Source of the DNA: Candidatus Omnitrophota bacterium
Lineage (GTDB): Bacteria; Omnitrophota; Omnitrophia; Omnitrophales; JACROU01
NCBI GenBank assembly: GCA_029261035.1
Contig: JAJDCD010000025.1
Span: 194,926-258,925, forward strand
Length of the DNA stretch: 64,000 bases
Reading direction: 5' to 3'
The notes beneath the pieces are model-generated. The model saw nothing but the letters and a program-made list of their open reading frames with translations. It did no database searches and had not been told where the DNA came from. Positions 48,145 through 57,393 of this stretch are shown here, piece after piece. Position numbers and translations under genes: made by a program. The number at the start of each line of letters is the position of its first letter. Position 1 is the first letter of the stretch.

Positions 48145-48192
48145 TGCCAGGTCTAAAGACCCGGCACACCGGGTACATAACTTAGTAGCGCC
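48145..48192 (+). repeat. Hairpin leader motif copy B (TGCCAGGTC-N4-GACCCGGCACAC...) in the 5' leader of the epimerase-ugd operon
   Basis: The sequence is tgccaggtc-taaa-gacccggcacac-cgggtac-ataacttagtagcgcc. A TATAAT box at 48124-48129 lies 15 nt upstream of it. A second nested hairpin cccgg-caca-ccggg is present. Confidence 0.45.
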
Positions 48193-48310
48193 GTAATAAG
48201 GCATAACGATATGAAGCATACTTTTTTGTGCGGGCTCAAAATAGGGCTAGAAATATAACTATAAACACTTATAATAGTCCCATCTTTTTACATAATTGGA
48301 GGTAAATACA

Positions 48311-49378
48311 ATGTCTTTTTGGGAAAATAGAAAAGTTTTAGTAACAGGTGGTGCTTCTTTTATAGGCTCTAATTTAGCCGATTCTTTAGTATCTAAAGGA
48401 GCTCAAGTACGGGTTGTGGATAACTTATCCAGCGGCCAATTAGAAAACATACAACACCTTATAGATGCAGGTTCTGTCGAATTCTTAGAGGGTGACCTTC
48501 TAGAACCTTCTGTTGCTCAGCAAGCTGTTAAAGGTATTAATACCGTTTTTCATCTAGCTGCTGACCATGGGGGTAGAGGCTATGTTGATTTAAAACAAGT
48601 TCAGTGTTCAACCAATCTTATCTTAGATGGCCTTCTTTTCAAAGAAGCTCATAAGGCGGGTGTTGAAAAGGTCGTATTCGCCTCTTCCGGTTGTGCTTAT
48701 CCAAATTACATTCAAACGGACCCAAAAGAAATGCTTTACCTTACTGAAGATAAAGTAGGTCCTCCCTATGACGCAGATAATATGTATGGCTGGGCAAAAC
48801 TAATGGCTGAACTGACTTTGCAATATTATCACAAGCAGTATGGTATGAAAGCAGCTTCTTGTCGTTACTTTACCGTTTATGGACCTCGCGGAAAAGAAAA
48901 TCATGCTGTTATCGCTATGATTGCTCGTTCCTTTATCGGAGAAAACCCGTATGAAGTATGGGGTAATGGCGAGCAAATTAGAAACTGGACTTATGTGGAT
49001 GACATCGTAGAAGGCACGATATTAGCAGGTGAAAAAATTGATGATGGTACCGCTGTTAACTTGGGAACGATGGAACGTATTCGAGTTTTAGATGCCGTTC
49101 AAATGGTTTTTGAAATGACAGGTCATCAAGCAGACATCAAACTTCTAAAAGATATGCCTACGGGCCCTCTCAATCGTGTTGCGGATAACAGCCTAGCAAA
49201 ACAACTCCTCGGCTGGGAACCAAAATACACCTTTAAAGACGGCTTAAAGAAAACCATCGATTGGTATTTTTCTACAAAAAATAAAGAAACGGTTAAAGCA
49301 ACCTTAAGCGAAACCCTCATTGAAAGAAAGCACGATAAGGGACAAGAAAAACTCGTTAGTTCATCGGAGGCAAAATAA
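48311..49378 (+). CDS. NAD-dependent epimerase/dehydratase (extended SDR; UDP-sugar 4-epimerase or UDP-glucuronate decarboxylase-like)
   Basis: It has VLVTGGASFIGSNL and the YxxxK motif (NMYGWAK). The ATG at 48311 is preceded by GGAGG. The ORF-track start at 48296 is a TTG. Confidence 0.85.
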   Translation: MSFWENRKVLVTGGASFIGSNLADSLVSKGAQVRVVDNLSSGQLENIQHLIDAGSVEFLEGDLLEPSVAQQAVKGINTVFHLAADHGGRGYVDLKQVQCSTNLILDGLLFKEAHKAGVEKVVFASSGCAYPNYIQTDPKEMLYLTEDKVGPPYDADNMYGWAKLMAELTLQYYHKQYGMKAASCRYFTVYGPRGKENHAVIAMIARSFIGENPYEVWGNGEQIRNWTYVDDIVEGTILAGEKIDDGTAVNLGTMERIRVLDAVQMVFEMTGHQADIKLLKDMPTGPLNRVADNSLAKQLLGWEPKYTFKDGLKKTIDWYFSTKNKETVKATLSETLIERKHDKGQEKLVSSSEAK

Positions 49379-50727
49379 TGAAATTATCGGTTATCGGTTT
49401 AGGAAAGCTAGGACTTCCCCTTTCTGTGGCCTTAGCACAAAAAGGTCATGAAGTCATTGGTGTTGATATCTCACCTTCCGTTATTGAGAAACTCAACCAA
49501 GGCATTCCTCATCTTGAAGAACCTCAAGTTGAAGTTCTTTTAAAAGAAGCTGTGGAAAATAAAAAATTTACAGCAACCGACAACTTTGAAGAAGCAATTC
49601 AAAATACAGAAATGAGTTTTATTTGTGTTAACACACCCGATAAAAACGATTTCGAAATGGATTTATCTCAACTTTCTTCTTCCTGTGAAATGCTTGGCTC
49701 TGCCTTAAAGAACAAAAATGATTTTCATACCTTTGTAATCAACTCTACCATTGTTCCTGAAACAGCAGATCAAGTAGCCATTCCAACTTTAGAAAAATTT
49801 TCTGATAAGAAACTAGGAGAAGGCTTTGGACTTTGCGTTAACCCTGTCTTTATTGCTCTCAGTACGGTAGTTAAAGACTTACTTCACCCTCCGGTTGTCA
49901 CTTTGGGTTCTTCAGATAAAAAAACAGCTTCTTTTATGGAAGCTTTCTATAAATCGTTTAATGAAAATGGCGCAAAGGTAATACAGACAACCCCTATTAT
50001 GGCTGAAATTATTAAACTAGCGCATAATGCCTATTGCACCTCAAAAATGGCTTTTATCAATGAGATCTCAGCTTTATGCTCCAATACCCCAGGGGCAGAT
50101 GTCAGCGCTATGAGTGAGTTTTTTAGAGCAGGCGGAGAGCGAACAGGCCGTTTCTTAGAAGCAGGAATGGGTTTTGGTGGTCCTTGCTTCCCTCGTGATT
50201 TAAAATTCTTCATCAAATATATCCAAGATAAAGTTTCAGCAAGTCCTTTAATTGAAGCTATTGATACATCCAATAGTGGTTACGCTGTTCGAATTGTAGA
50301 ACTCATAGAACAAGAGCTAGGCTCTTTAAAAAACAAAACGGTCTCTGTTCTAGGGCTCGCTTATAAAGTAAATGCTGACATTACCGAGCGTTCTTTTTCT
50401 CTTAGATTGATCGAAGTCCTGCACGAAAAAGGAGCTACTATAAAATCTTTTGATCCTAGAGTAAAACAAGTTCCAGAAATTCATTGTCAAACCCCTTTCG
50501 AAATTAATAATTCTGTTGAGGGTTCTTTAAAGGATGCTAGTTTTTGCATCATTGCCACCGCATGGCAAGATTTTAAAGACCTAAATCCAGAAATTTTCAA
50601 ACAGCATATGAGTGAAGCAAACCTCTTTGATCCTTGGAGACTATTTAACACTCCAGAGGCTAAACAACACTTTAACCAATACGTAGGACTTGGAGTAAAA
50701 CAAGAACTCAGTTTAGCTTCCATCTAA
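49378..50727 (+). CDS. ugd: UDP-glucose/GDP-mannose 6-dehydrogenase family nucleotide-sugar dehydrogenase
   Basis: It has an N-terminal NAD-binding motif KLSVIGLGKLGLPLSVALA and the catalytic-cysteine motif GFGGPCFPRD. TAATG overlaps the upstream stop. Confidence 0.85.
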   Translation: MKLSVIGLGKLGLPLSVALAQKGHEVIGVDISPSVIEKLNQGIPHLEEPQVEVLLKEAVENKKFTATDNFEEAIQNTEMSFICVNTPDKNDFEMDLSQLSSSCEMLGSALKNKNDFHTFVINSTIVPETADQVAIPTLEKFSDKKLGEGFGLCVNPVFIALSTVVKDLLHPPVVTLGSSDKKTASFMEAFYKSFNENGAKVIQTTPIMAEIIKLAHNAYCTSKMAFINEISALCSNTPGADVSAMSEFFRAGGERTGRFLEAGMGFGGPCFPRDLKFFIKYIQDKVSASPLIEAIDTSNSGYAVRIVELIEQELGSLKNKTVSVLGLAYKVNADITERSFSLRLIEVLHEKGATIKSFDPRVKQVPEIHCQTPFEINNSVEGSLKDASFCIIATAWQDFKDLNPEIFKQHMSEANLFDPWRLFNTPEAKQHFNQYVGLGVKQELSLASI

Positions 50728-50749
50728 CCTACGATTTCCTTCTAAGCTT

Positions 50750-51529
50750 ATGGAATCTCTTAAAAATAAAGTTATGGATTTTTGGAATGAAACTCCTTGT
50801 AGTTTGAGAAACAAAGGAGCTAATTCTGAAGGAAGCAAAGAAAGCTTTCAACTGATAGCTGAGGATCGTTATCAAGGCGATTCTTTTATGAAAGACGTTG
50901 TGCCTTTTCATGCCATGAAAGGATTAAAAACCTTAGAAGTAGGCTGTGGTTTAGGAACCGACCTCGTTCAATTCGCTAAAGCAGAAGCGAACACTTACGC
51001 TCTTGATTTAAGCAAAAACTCCCTCTATCTTGCAAAACAAAACTTAGCAAACCACAACCTCTCTTCGAAGCTAATTCATGCAGATGCAGAAAACATCCCC
51101 TATGAAGATGCGTCTTTTGACCTTATCTATTCCTGGGGCTGTCTTCACCATACAGAGACTCCAGAAAAAGCTTTCAAAGAGCTTTATCGCATTCTCAAAC
51201 CTGGCGGAAAAATACTGATTATGCTGTATCACAAGTATTCTCTTGTCACTCTTCAGGCCTATTTACTGTACGGGCTTTTTAAAGGGAAACCTTTCTGTTC
51301 CTTAGATGAGATTCTAGCAAATCATATAGAAAGTCCAGGAACTAAAGCTTATAGTATGAATCAAATAAAAAAATTATTTGCCGCATTTACTGCTTTAGAG
51401 GTGAAACCGATTATCACTCGTTATGATTTAAGGTACGGTAGATTCAGCTACCTCCCTTCATGGGTAGGGAAATGCCTTCCTCCGCGATGGGGATGGAATC
51501 TGATTATTTCTGGAGAAAAATTAAAATAA
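50750..51529 (+). CDS. Class I SAM-dependent methyltransferase (Methyltransf_11-like)
   Basis: It has LEVGCGLGTDLVQF ... LDLS ... FDLIYSWGCLHH ... LKPGGKILI. Confidence 0.75.
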   Translation: MESLKNKVMDFWNETPCSLRNKGANSEGSKESFQLIAEDRYQGDSFMKDVVPFHAMKGLKTLEVGCGLGTDLVQFAKAEANTYALDLSKNSLYLAKQNLANHNLSSKLIHADAENIPYEDASFDLIYSWGCLHHTETPEKAFKELYRILKPGGKILIMLYHKYSLVTLQAYLLYGLFKGKPFCSLDEILANHIESPGTKAYSMNQIKKLFAAFTALEVKPIITRYDLRYGRFSYLPSWVGKCLPPRWGWNLIISGEKLK

Positions 51530-51532
51530 ACT

Positions 51533-52738
51533 ATGAAGCTTCTCGTCCTCCATCAGTCTTTCTACCCCGATATTTCAGGTTCGAGCATTCGTCTTTCCGA
51601 AGTCATGTCCGGACTCCAAGAAAAGGGTTTTGATATCACGGTCCTTACAGGGCTCCCCGAAGTTGAAGATATAAATAAAATTCCAAAAGTAGAAATTTAC
51701 AACAACATACGTATTATTCGATTAGGTAGAATCCCTTTCAATAAAAACAAAAAATTAGGGCGCATCCTTCGAGCTTTAAGCTTCTTTACCTCTACATTTT
51801 TTAGAGTGCTCTTTTCTGACAGAAAGACCCTTGTCTACATTGGCTCAGACCCACCTTTTCTATGCATTGTTGGATGGTTAATCAAAGTGCTTAAAAATCA
51901 AAACTACGTTCTTCACATTGCAGACCTTTACCCCGATATTGCCATTGAACTTGGTTATATAAAGGAAAAAAGTTTTTTGCATAAAATTTGGAAAGCTCTA
52001 AACAAACTTGCCTACTCTAAAGCGGAAAAAATAATTACCTTAGGTGAATGCATGAAAAGCAAGATTCTTCCGTATAGTCAAAAAAATGAAATTTCGATCA
52101 TAAAAAATTGGGAAAACTCAGAACTCATATCTCCAATCCACAAAGATCAAAACTGGTTTATCCAAGAACATAATCTCAACAAAAAAATGAACGTTCTCTA
52201 TTCAGGAAATATGGGGTTAGCCCATGATTTAAAGAGTATTATCTTAGCTGCAGAAATATTAAAGACTGAAAAAGAACTTTCATTTCTATTTATTGGAGGG
52301 GGCGGCCAAAAGGAGTATTTAAAAAACCTCGTAGAAGAAAAAAAACTCTCAAACGTTACCTTTCTTCCCTATCAACCAAAAGAAGCTATGCCTTATAGCT
52401 TAAACTCGGGGGACATACAAATTATCACCATGAAACCCGGAACAGAAGGTCTGTGCATCCCGGGTAAATTTTACACCGCCCTAGCAAGCAGCTCAGCAAT
52501 TATCGCTCTAGTCCCTGAAACGACAGAAGTTGCCAAAGCGATAAAAGAGCACCAATGCGGCGTTGTTTTAGCTCCTTACCAACCAGAAGCATTATCAGAT
52601 AGCATTCTACAGTTATTGAATGACCCAAATCTTTTAAAAGAATACCAACTGAATGCTCGCAAGGCTTTTGAAAATTATTACACTGAAAAAAGAGCCGTAG
52701 AAGAATATACTCAACTCTTAGAGCACCTTACAACATGA
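51533..52738 (+). CDS. Glycosyltransferase family 4 (GT-B, WbuB-like)
   Basis: It has the N-terminus KLLVLHQSFYPDISGSSIRLSEV and a C-terminal GT1/GT4 domain. Confidence 0.8.
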   Translation: MKLLVLHQSFYPDISGSSIRLSEVMSGLQEKGFDITVLTGLPEVEDINKIPKVEIYNNIRIIRLGRIPFNKNKKLGRILRALSFFTSTFFRVLFSDRKTLVYIGSDPPFLCIVGWLIKVLKNQNYVLHIADLYPDIAIELGYIKEKSFLHKIWKALNKLAYSKAEKIITLGECMKSKILPYSQKNEISIIKNWENSELISPIHKDQNWFIQEHNLNKKMNVLYSGNMGLAHDLKSIILAAEILKTEKELSFLFIGGGGQKEYLKNLVEEKKLSNVTFLPYQPKEAMPYSLNSGDIQIITMKPGTEGLCIPGKFYTALASSSAIIALVPETTEVAKAIKEHQCGVVLAPYQPEALSDSILQLLNDPNLLKEYQLNARKAFENYYTEKRAVEEYTQLLEHLTT

Positions 52739-53877
52739 AAATCTTACACATTATCCCAAGTAGTGCTCCAGAACATGGGGGGCCTGCAACAGCCATCCAA
52801 GAAATCTGCCATCATCAAGTGAGCAAAGGACATTCCGTTGAAGTATTTACAACAGCGTTACAAGCTTCTACAGAAGATAAGAATGGTTTCAAAATACATC
52901 ACTTTAAAAGAGAATTTCCTTACAACTACTTTTATAGCTCTTCCCTAAAAACGGCCTTATCCGAAAAAGTTTCCAATTTTGATATCCTTCACATTCACAC
53001 ACTCTGGCTCTACCCTACGTGGATAGGAAGTCAACTAGCCTTAAAACATAAAATCCCTTACATAGTACGACCTTGCGGAATGTTAGACCAATACTGTTTG
53101 AATCAGAAAAAGCTAAAAAAATATTTATACGGAATGTTAAGAGAAAGAAAAGTTTTAAATCATGCACAATCGATTCATTTCACCTCTGTTTTTGAACAAA
53201 ATGAAGCGAAACGTTTTGGTATTTCAAGACCGAGCAACATCTGTCCATTAGGGATTACAGTTAATGATGATACATCCCCTCAAGCATCCCCTTTATTTCC
53301 TGAATTAAAAGAAAAACAAAACATTCTCTTCCTGGGGCGATTAAACCCCATTAAAGGTTTAGATCTGCTTATAAAAGCATTTGCACAAATAGCCCAAGGT
53401 CACCCTAAAGCTCATTTAGTTCTAGCCGGCCCCGATGAAAACAATTACAAAAAAAGCCTTTTAAGTTTGATTCAAAAATTTGATTTAATAGACAGAGTCA
53501 CCTTTACCGGAATGCTCAATGCTTCAGAAAAAAAAGCGCTCTATCGCCAATCTCAGATTTTTTGCCTACCTTCTTATCATGAAAGCTTCAGCATCACTTG
53601 CCTGGAAGCAATGAACGAGTCCTTGCCTGTAATCCTCTCGGATCAAGTCGGAATTGGTGATTCCGTTGAAAAAGGAAATGCTGGAATTATAGTTCCTTGC
53701 AAAGAAGACTCTTTAGCTCTCGCTATAAGAAAGCTTTTAGATTCAAAGGATTTAAGAAAAAATATGGGGGGAAACGCTTCAACCCTGACCCAGAATTATT
53801 TTAGCTGGGATAAAGCAATCACTGCAATGGATGAAATGTATCAAGCTGCTTTAAATCAAGTATCAACTCACGCTTAG
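52735..53877 (+). CDS. Glycosyltransferase family 4
   Basis: It has the N-terminus KILHIIPSSAPEHGGPATAIQE and the C-terminal motif E-x7-E (SFSITCLEAMNESLPVILSD). It overlaps the previous GT by 4 nt. Confidence 0.8.
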   Translation: MKILHIIPSSAPEHGGPATAIQEICHHQVSKGHSVEVFTTALQASTEDKNGFKIHHFKREFPYNYFYSSSLKTALSEKVSNFDILHIHTLWLYPTWIGSQLALKHKIPYIVRPCGMLDQYCLNQKKLKKYLYGMLRERKVLNHAQSIHFTSVFEQNEAKRFGISRPSNICPLGITVNDDTSPQASPLFPELKEKQNILFLGRLNPIKGLDLLIKAFAQIAQGHPKAHLVLAGPDENNYKKSLLSLIQKFDLIDRVTFTGMLNASEKKALYRQSQIFCLPSYHESFSITCLEAMNESLPVILSDQVGIGDSVEKGNAGIIVPCKEDSLALAIRKLLDSKDLRKNMGGNASTLTQNYFSWDKAITAMDEMYQAALNQVSTHA

Positions 53878-55746
53878 TTAGATGCTTGTCCCTATTTTTT
53901 TCTTGGAACAATAAGCGTTTAAAATAAATAAACTCCAAGGCAAAGACCAATGAAGTTCTCCTTTTAAAAATTGAGCCCAAATCTTTTCGATCTCTTTTTT
54001 AGAAATAAAATCGAAGCCTTCCTCTAAAAGAACCTGCTCCACTCTGGATTTCAAAACTCCTCGCATCCATTGATCTAAAGGAAAAGTAAACCCCTGCTTC
54101 TTCCTAAAAACACTTTTATCAGGCAATTCACTTCCTACAAGATCATAAAGTAATTTTTTTGGCACCTTAGGATCGAAACGATATTTATAATTTAATTGAA
54201 GCACATTTTCAATGAGGGTGTGATCCAAAAAAGGCACTCGCATTTCAATCGAGTGTGCCATACTCATCACATCCGCATCTTTAAGGAGCTGATCCTGAAG
54301 ATAGCGATCAAATTCCAAATAAACGGCCTTATCCATATACGAAGATAATGCATTTGCATCTAAGCTAAGAGCGGGCTGAACCCTGTCAACATTACAATTC
54401 AACAACTGAGCTATCTGCTCTTTAGAAAAAACACCCCTATAAACTCGGTACATACTTTCAAACGAAGTGTCCATCAAATAGGAAAGCCGTCCGAACCCCT
54501 TGAGATTTCTATTTCTGGCAATCCATGTTAAACAATTAAGAATTGGCGGATGAAATCCTTTTGGACAAAATTCTAATACCTTTTTAGCCGTATTTAAATA
54601 ATGAATCAATTTAAAATGAGAGTAGCCTCCAAAAAGCTCATCTCCTCCAAGCCCTGACAACAAGACCTTTATCCCTTGTTCTTTTGCTACCTGCGTCACA
54701 ACAAAGGTATTTAGGCCATCTACAGAAGGTTGATCTAAATGATTCAGAAACGCGTCAAAATACTTTAAAATATCCTCTTCTAATAACAAACATTCATAGT
54801 GCTCCGTATTAAACTTCTCACTCACTTGTTTTGCATATAAAGACTCATCAAAATCTTTTTCCGCAAATGAAATATTCAAAGTTTTTAGTTTAATATCAGG
54901 GTTAGATGCTGAAAAGGCAACTAAAGCAGAAGAGTCCATACCCCCACTCAAAAGAATAGCTAGAGGGACATCACTCACTAAATGTTTATTGACTACGTTT
55001 TGGATAATTTTTTTTAAGTCTTTTATCTCTGGAGATTTTTTTATATTTTTATTAAGAATCTTTGCCAAACTCCAGTAAGGATGCTCCTTAAGCTCTCTCC
55101 CCTCTAGAGTCATATAATGGCCTGGCGTCAGTGTTTTAATATTAGAAAATATTGTATTAGGACTTGAAACAGCTCCGTATTGCAAAAAATGAGACACAGC
55201 TGTAAGGTCATACTCACCCTCTTCACCCAGAGCTTCTTTCAAAGGTAAGACCTCTGAAGAGAACATAAACACTTGAGTCTCTTCCTCAAAAGAATAATAG
55301 AGTGGTTTTATCCCCAAACGATCCCGTGCCAAAAAAAGCTTTTGTTTTTTATCATCCCATAGAGCAAAAGCAAACATTCCTTCCAAGAAATCCACACATT
55401 TTTCATCATACTCTTCATATAAATGAAGAATCACTTCCGAGTCTGACTCCGACTTAAAGGTATGTCCTTTCTGAATTAAATCTTCTCTTAACGGAACAAA
55501 GTTATAGATTTCGCCATTATATGTTAGCCAAACAGTATCGTCTTCATTCGACATAGGCTGTTTTGCACTATCTGACAAATCTATAATCGAGAGCCGTTTA
55601 TGCCCCAAAAAAAGTTGGTCATTCTGATAAAAGCCCTCATTGTCAGGACCTCGATGATCTAGTTTTGAAAGAATTTGATTACAGGAGAGAATTTCTTTAT
55701 CTAAAAGTTTTCTTTGAGAAGCAAAGATACCAGCGATTCCACACAT
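53878..55746 (-). CDS. asnB: Asparagine synthetase B-type glutamine amidotransferase (class II GATase plus PP-loop synthetase)
   Basis: It has the catalytic N-terminus MCGIAGIF (ATG at 55744-55746), a PP-loop SGGMDSS, and is about 620 aa. The ORF-track start at 55836 adds a spurious 30-aa extension overlapping the upstream gene. Confidence 0.85.
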   Translation of the reverse strand: MCGIAGIFASQRKLLDKEILSCNQILSKLDHRGPDNEGFYQNDQLFLGHKRLSIIDLSDSAKQPMSNEDDTVWLTYNGEIYNFVPLREDLIQKGHTFKSESDSEVILHLYEEYDEKCVDFLEGMFAFALWDDKKQKLFLARDRLGIKPLYYSFEEETQVFMFSSEVLPLKEALGEEGEYDLTAVSHFLQYGAVSSPNTIFSNIKTLTPGHYMTLEGRELKEHPYWSLAKILNKNIKKSPEIKDLKKIIQNVVNKHLVSDVPLAILLSGGMDSSALVAFSASNPDIKLKTLNISFAEKDFDESLYAKQVSEKFNTEHYECLLLEEDILKYFDAFLNHLDQPSVDGLNTFVVTQVAKEQGIKVLLSGLGGDELFGGYSHFKLIHYLNTAKKVLEFCPKGFHPPILNCLTWIARNRNLKGFGRLSYLMDTSFESMYRVYRGVFSKEQIAQLLNCNVDRVQPALSLDANALSSYMDKAVYLEFDRYLQDQLLKDADVMSMAHSIEMRVPFLDHTLIENVLQLNYKYRFDPKVPKKLLYDLVGSELPDKSVFRKKQGFTFPLDQWMRGVLKSRVEQVLLEEGFDFISKKEIEKIWAQFLKGELHWSLPWSLFILNAYCSKKKIGTSI

Positions 55747-55748
55747 AG

Positions 55749-57389
55749 TTAAAAATAAACTTTCCCTATAACAATACCCATAAAAAAGAGTAAAGGAACA
55801 GTTAAAATAACAGCTAAGAAAATAAATGCATTCCACCTTTTCTTTGAGTGAATTGAAAGCTGCTGAATAGCCTTTTGAACACTTACTTGGAAATGAGTAT
55901 AATTAATAGGCTTAGTCAAAACATCCAAAACAGAAGAGTCCATTGTCTTAGCAATCTCTTTAAATTGATCAGGATAAGCCATTAATAGAAATTGCGAATG
56001 AGGGCTATATGTTTTAAGTGTTTGGTGAAACAAAGAGTCTGTTTCCGATTTTAAAACATAATCAGAAATGATAATTGGAAAGGTTCCTTGCGAACAAAGC
56101 TTCAAAGCTTCATCTTCACTTCGAGTACAACTGATATTTAAATAACTATCAAACTCATTCCAATTCACACCCTCCCCTGTTAAATGATCCTTATTTTCAA
56201 AAACCAATACTCGAGGTCGGTTTTCTCTTTCTGGTATAGGAAGAATAAAATCTTTAACACCTTCATTTGGAGCTGCATCTTTCTGGGTGGAAAATGGCAT
56301 CTGAGTCGCCGGAAATTTTCTGAAAGCAATAAAGAAAATAGCTCCCATATAGACTAAAATAAGTGCCACATATTGATATCGGGTTGCCGTCAAAATAAAA
56401 CCAATAAGTCCAAAACCTAAAGAAAGAATATAAAGCAGGATTACGGCTTTTCGCTTTGTCATTCCTTGAGCAAGCAATCTATGATGGATATGATTTCGAT
56501 CAGCAAAAAACACTCTAGTCCATGAAAACATCTTTTGGTAAAACGTTTTTGATTGCACCCATTGGTTATACCACCTTCTGTAGACCGTAGAAAGGGTATC
56601 CAGTATAGGCAGTCCTAATACCGCAATAGGAATCGCAATAGCCACAGCAGTTGAGCTCTTCTGTGAACTCATTATAGATAAAGTAGCTAACATAAAGCCC
56701 AAGAACAAACTCCCTGTATCCCCCATAAAGATCGAGGCTGGAGAAAAATTATATCTTAAAAATCCTATAATGCTTCCTGCCAAAACCACAGAAATAACGG
56801 CACCTTGTATATTCCCTAGATACAGTGCGATAACAAAAATAGTTAAACTTGCAATAAGAGCAATGCCCGCCGCTAAACCATCCACCCCATCTATCAGATT
56901 AATTGCATTAATAATGAAGACAAACCAAAAAACAGTCACAGGAACACTGAAATAACCCAATAAAACTGTTTCGCTATTCCATGGATTAGTAATACCTTCA
57001 ATCACAAAACCAAAATGAACCATAATCAAGGCTGAAAGAATTTGCACAATCAGTTTAAATTTATAATTCACATGATACTTATCATCTATAATGCCACAAA
57101 CAATTAATGGCAGAGCTCCTAACAACAAATAAACGCCTTTAATACTAGGCATTAAGGGTTGTTGATTCCAAACATAAAAAATTAGAGTGCTAAATCCAAT
57201 CGTTAAGAAAAAGGATACAAAAATAGCAAGTCCACCCATGGACGGAAATTCCCCTTCGTGAGATTTTCTGTCACTCGGCCTATCCACAACCTGGAAATGA
57301 AGGGCTAACTTCAATACAAAAGGTGTTAAGACAAAAGAAATACCTGCTGCAATCAAAAAAGGAAATCCATAATAAAATAACTGATTCAT
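55749..57389 (-). CDS. WecA/MraY-family polyprenyl-phosphate N-acetylhexosamine-1-phosphate transferase with an additional C-terminal cytoplasmic domain and terminal transmembrane helix
   Basis: It has 10-11 transmembrane helices with DDxxD-like DDKYH and the conserved VDGVDGLAAG motif. These are followed by an extra ~150-aa soluble region (RPRVLVFENKDHLTGEG ... PIIISDYVLKSETD ... LDVLTKP) and a final transmembrane helix. Confidence 0.75.
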   Translation of the reverse strand: MNQLFYYGFPFLIAAGISFVLTPFVLKLALHFQVVDRPSDRKSHEGEFPSMGGLAIFVSFFLTIGFSTLIFYVWNQQPLMPSIKGVYLLLGALPLIVCGIIDDKYHVNYKFKLIVQILSALIMVHFGFVIEGITNPWNSETVLLGYFSVPVTVFWFVFIINAINLIDGVDGLAAGIALIASLTIFVIALYLGNIQGAVISVVLAGSIIGFLRYNFSPASIFMGDTGSLFLGFMLATLSIMSSQKSSTAVAIAIPIAVLGLPILDTLSTVYRRWYNQWVQSKTFYQKMFSWTRVFFADRNHIHHRLLAQGMTKRKAVILLYILSLGFGLIGFILTATRYQYVALILVYMGAIFFIAFRKFPATQMPFSTQKDAAPNEGVKDFILPIPERENRPRVLVFENKDHLTGEGVNWNEFDSYLNISCTRSEDEALKLCSQGTFPIIISDYVLKSETDSLFHQTLKTYSPHSQFLLMAYPDQFKEIAKTMDSSVLDVLTKPINYTHFQVSVQKAIQQLSIHSKKRWNAFIFLAVILTVPLLFFMGIVIGKVYF

Positions 57390-57393
57390 AATT

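Noticed and set aside
53878-55836. An unusual 30-aa Cys/Tyr/Phe-rich N-terminal extension on AsnB (MECIYFLSCYFNCSFTLFYGYCYRESLFLT) as a possible targeting peptide
   Set aside because: Class-II amidotransferases need Cys as the first residue after Met removal. The internal MCGIAGIF start at 55746 is the true N-terminus. The extension would overlap the upstream WecA-like gene and is an ORF-caller artefact.
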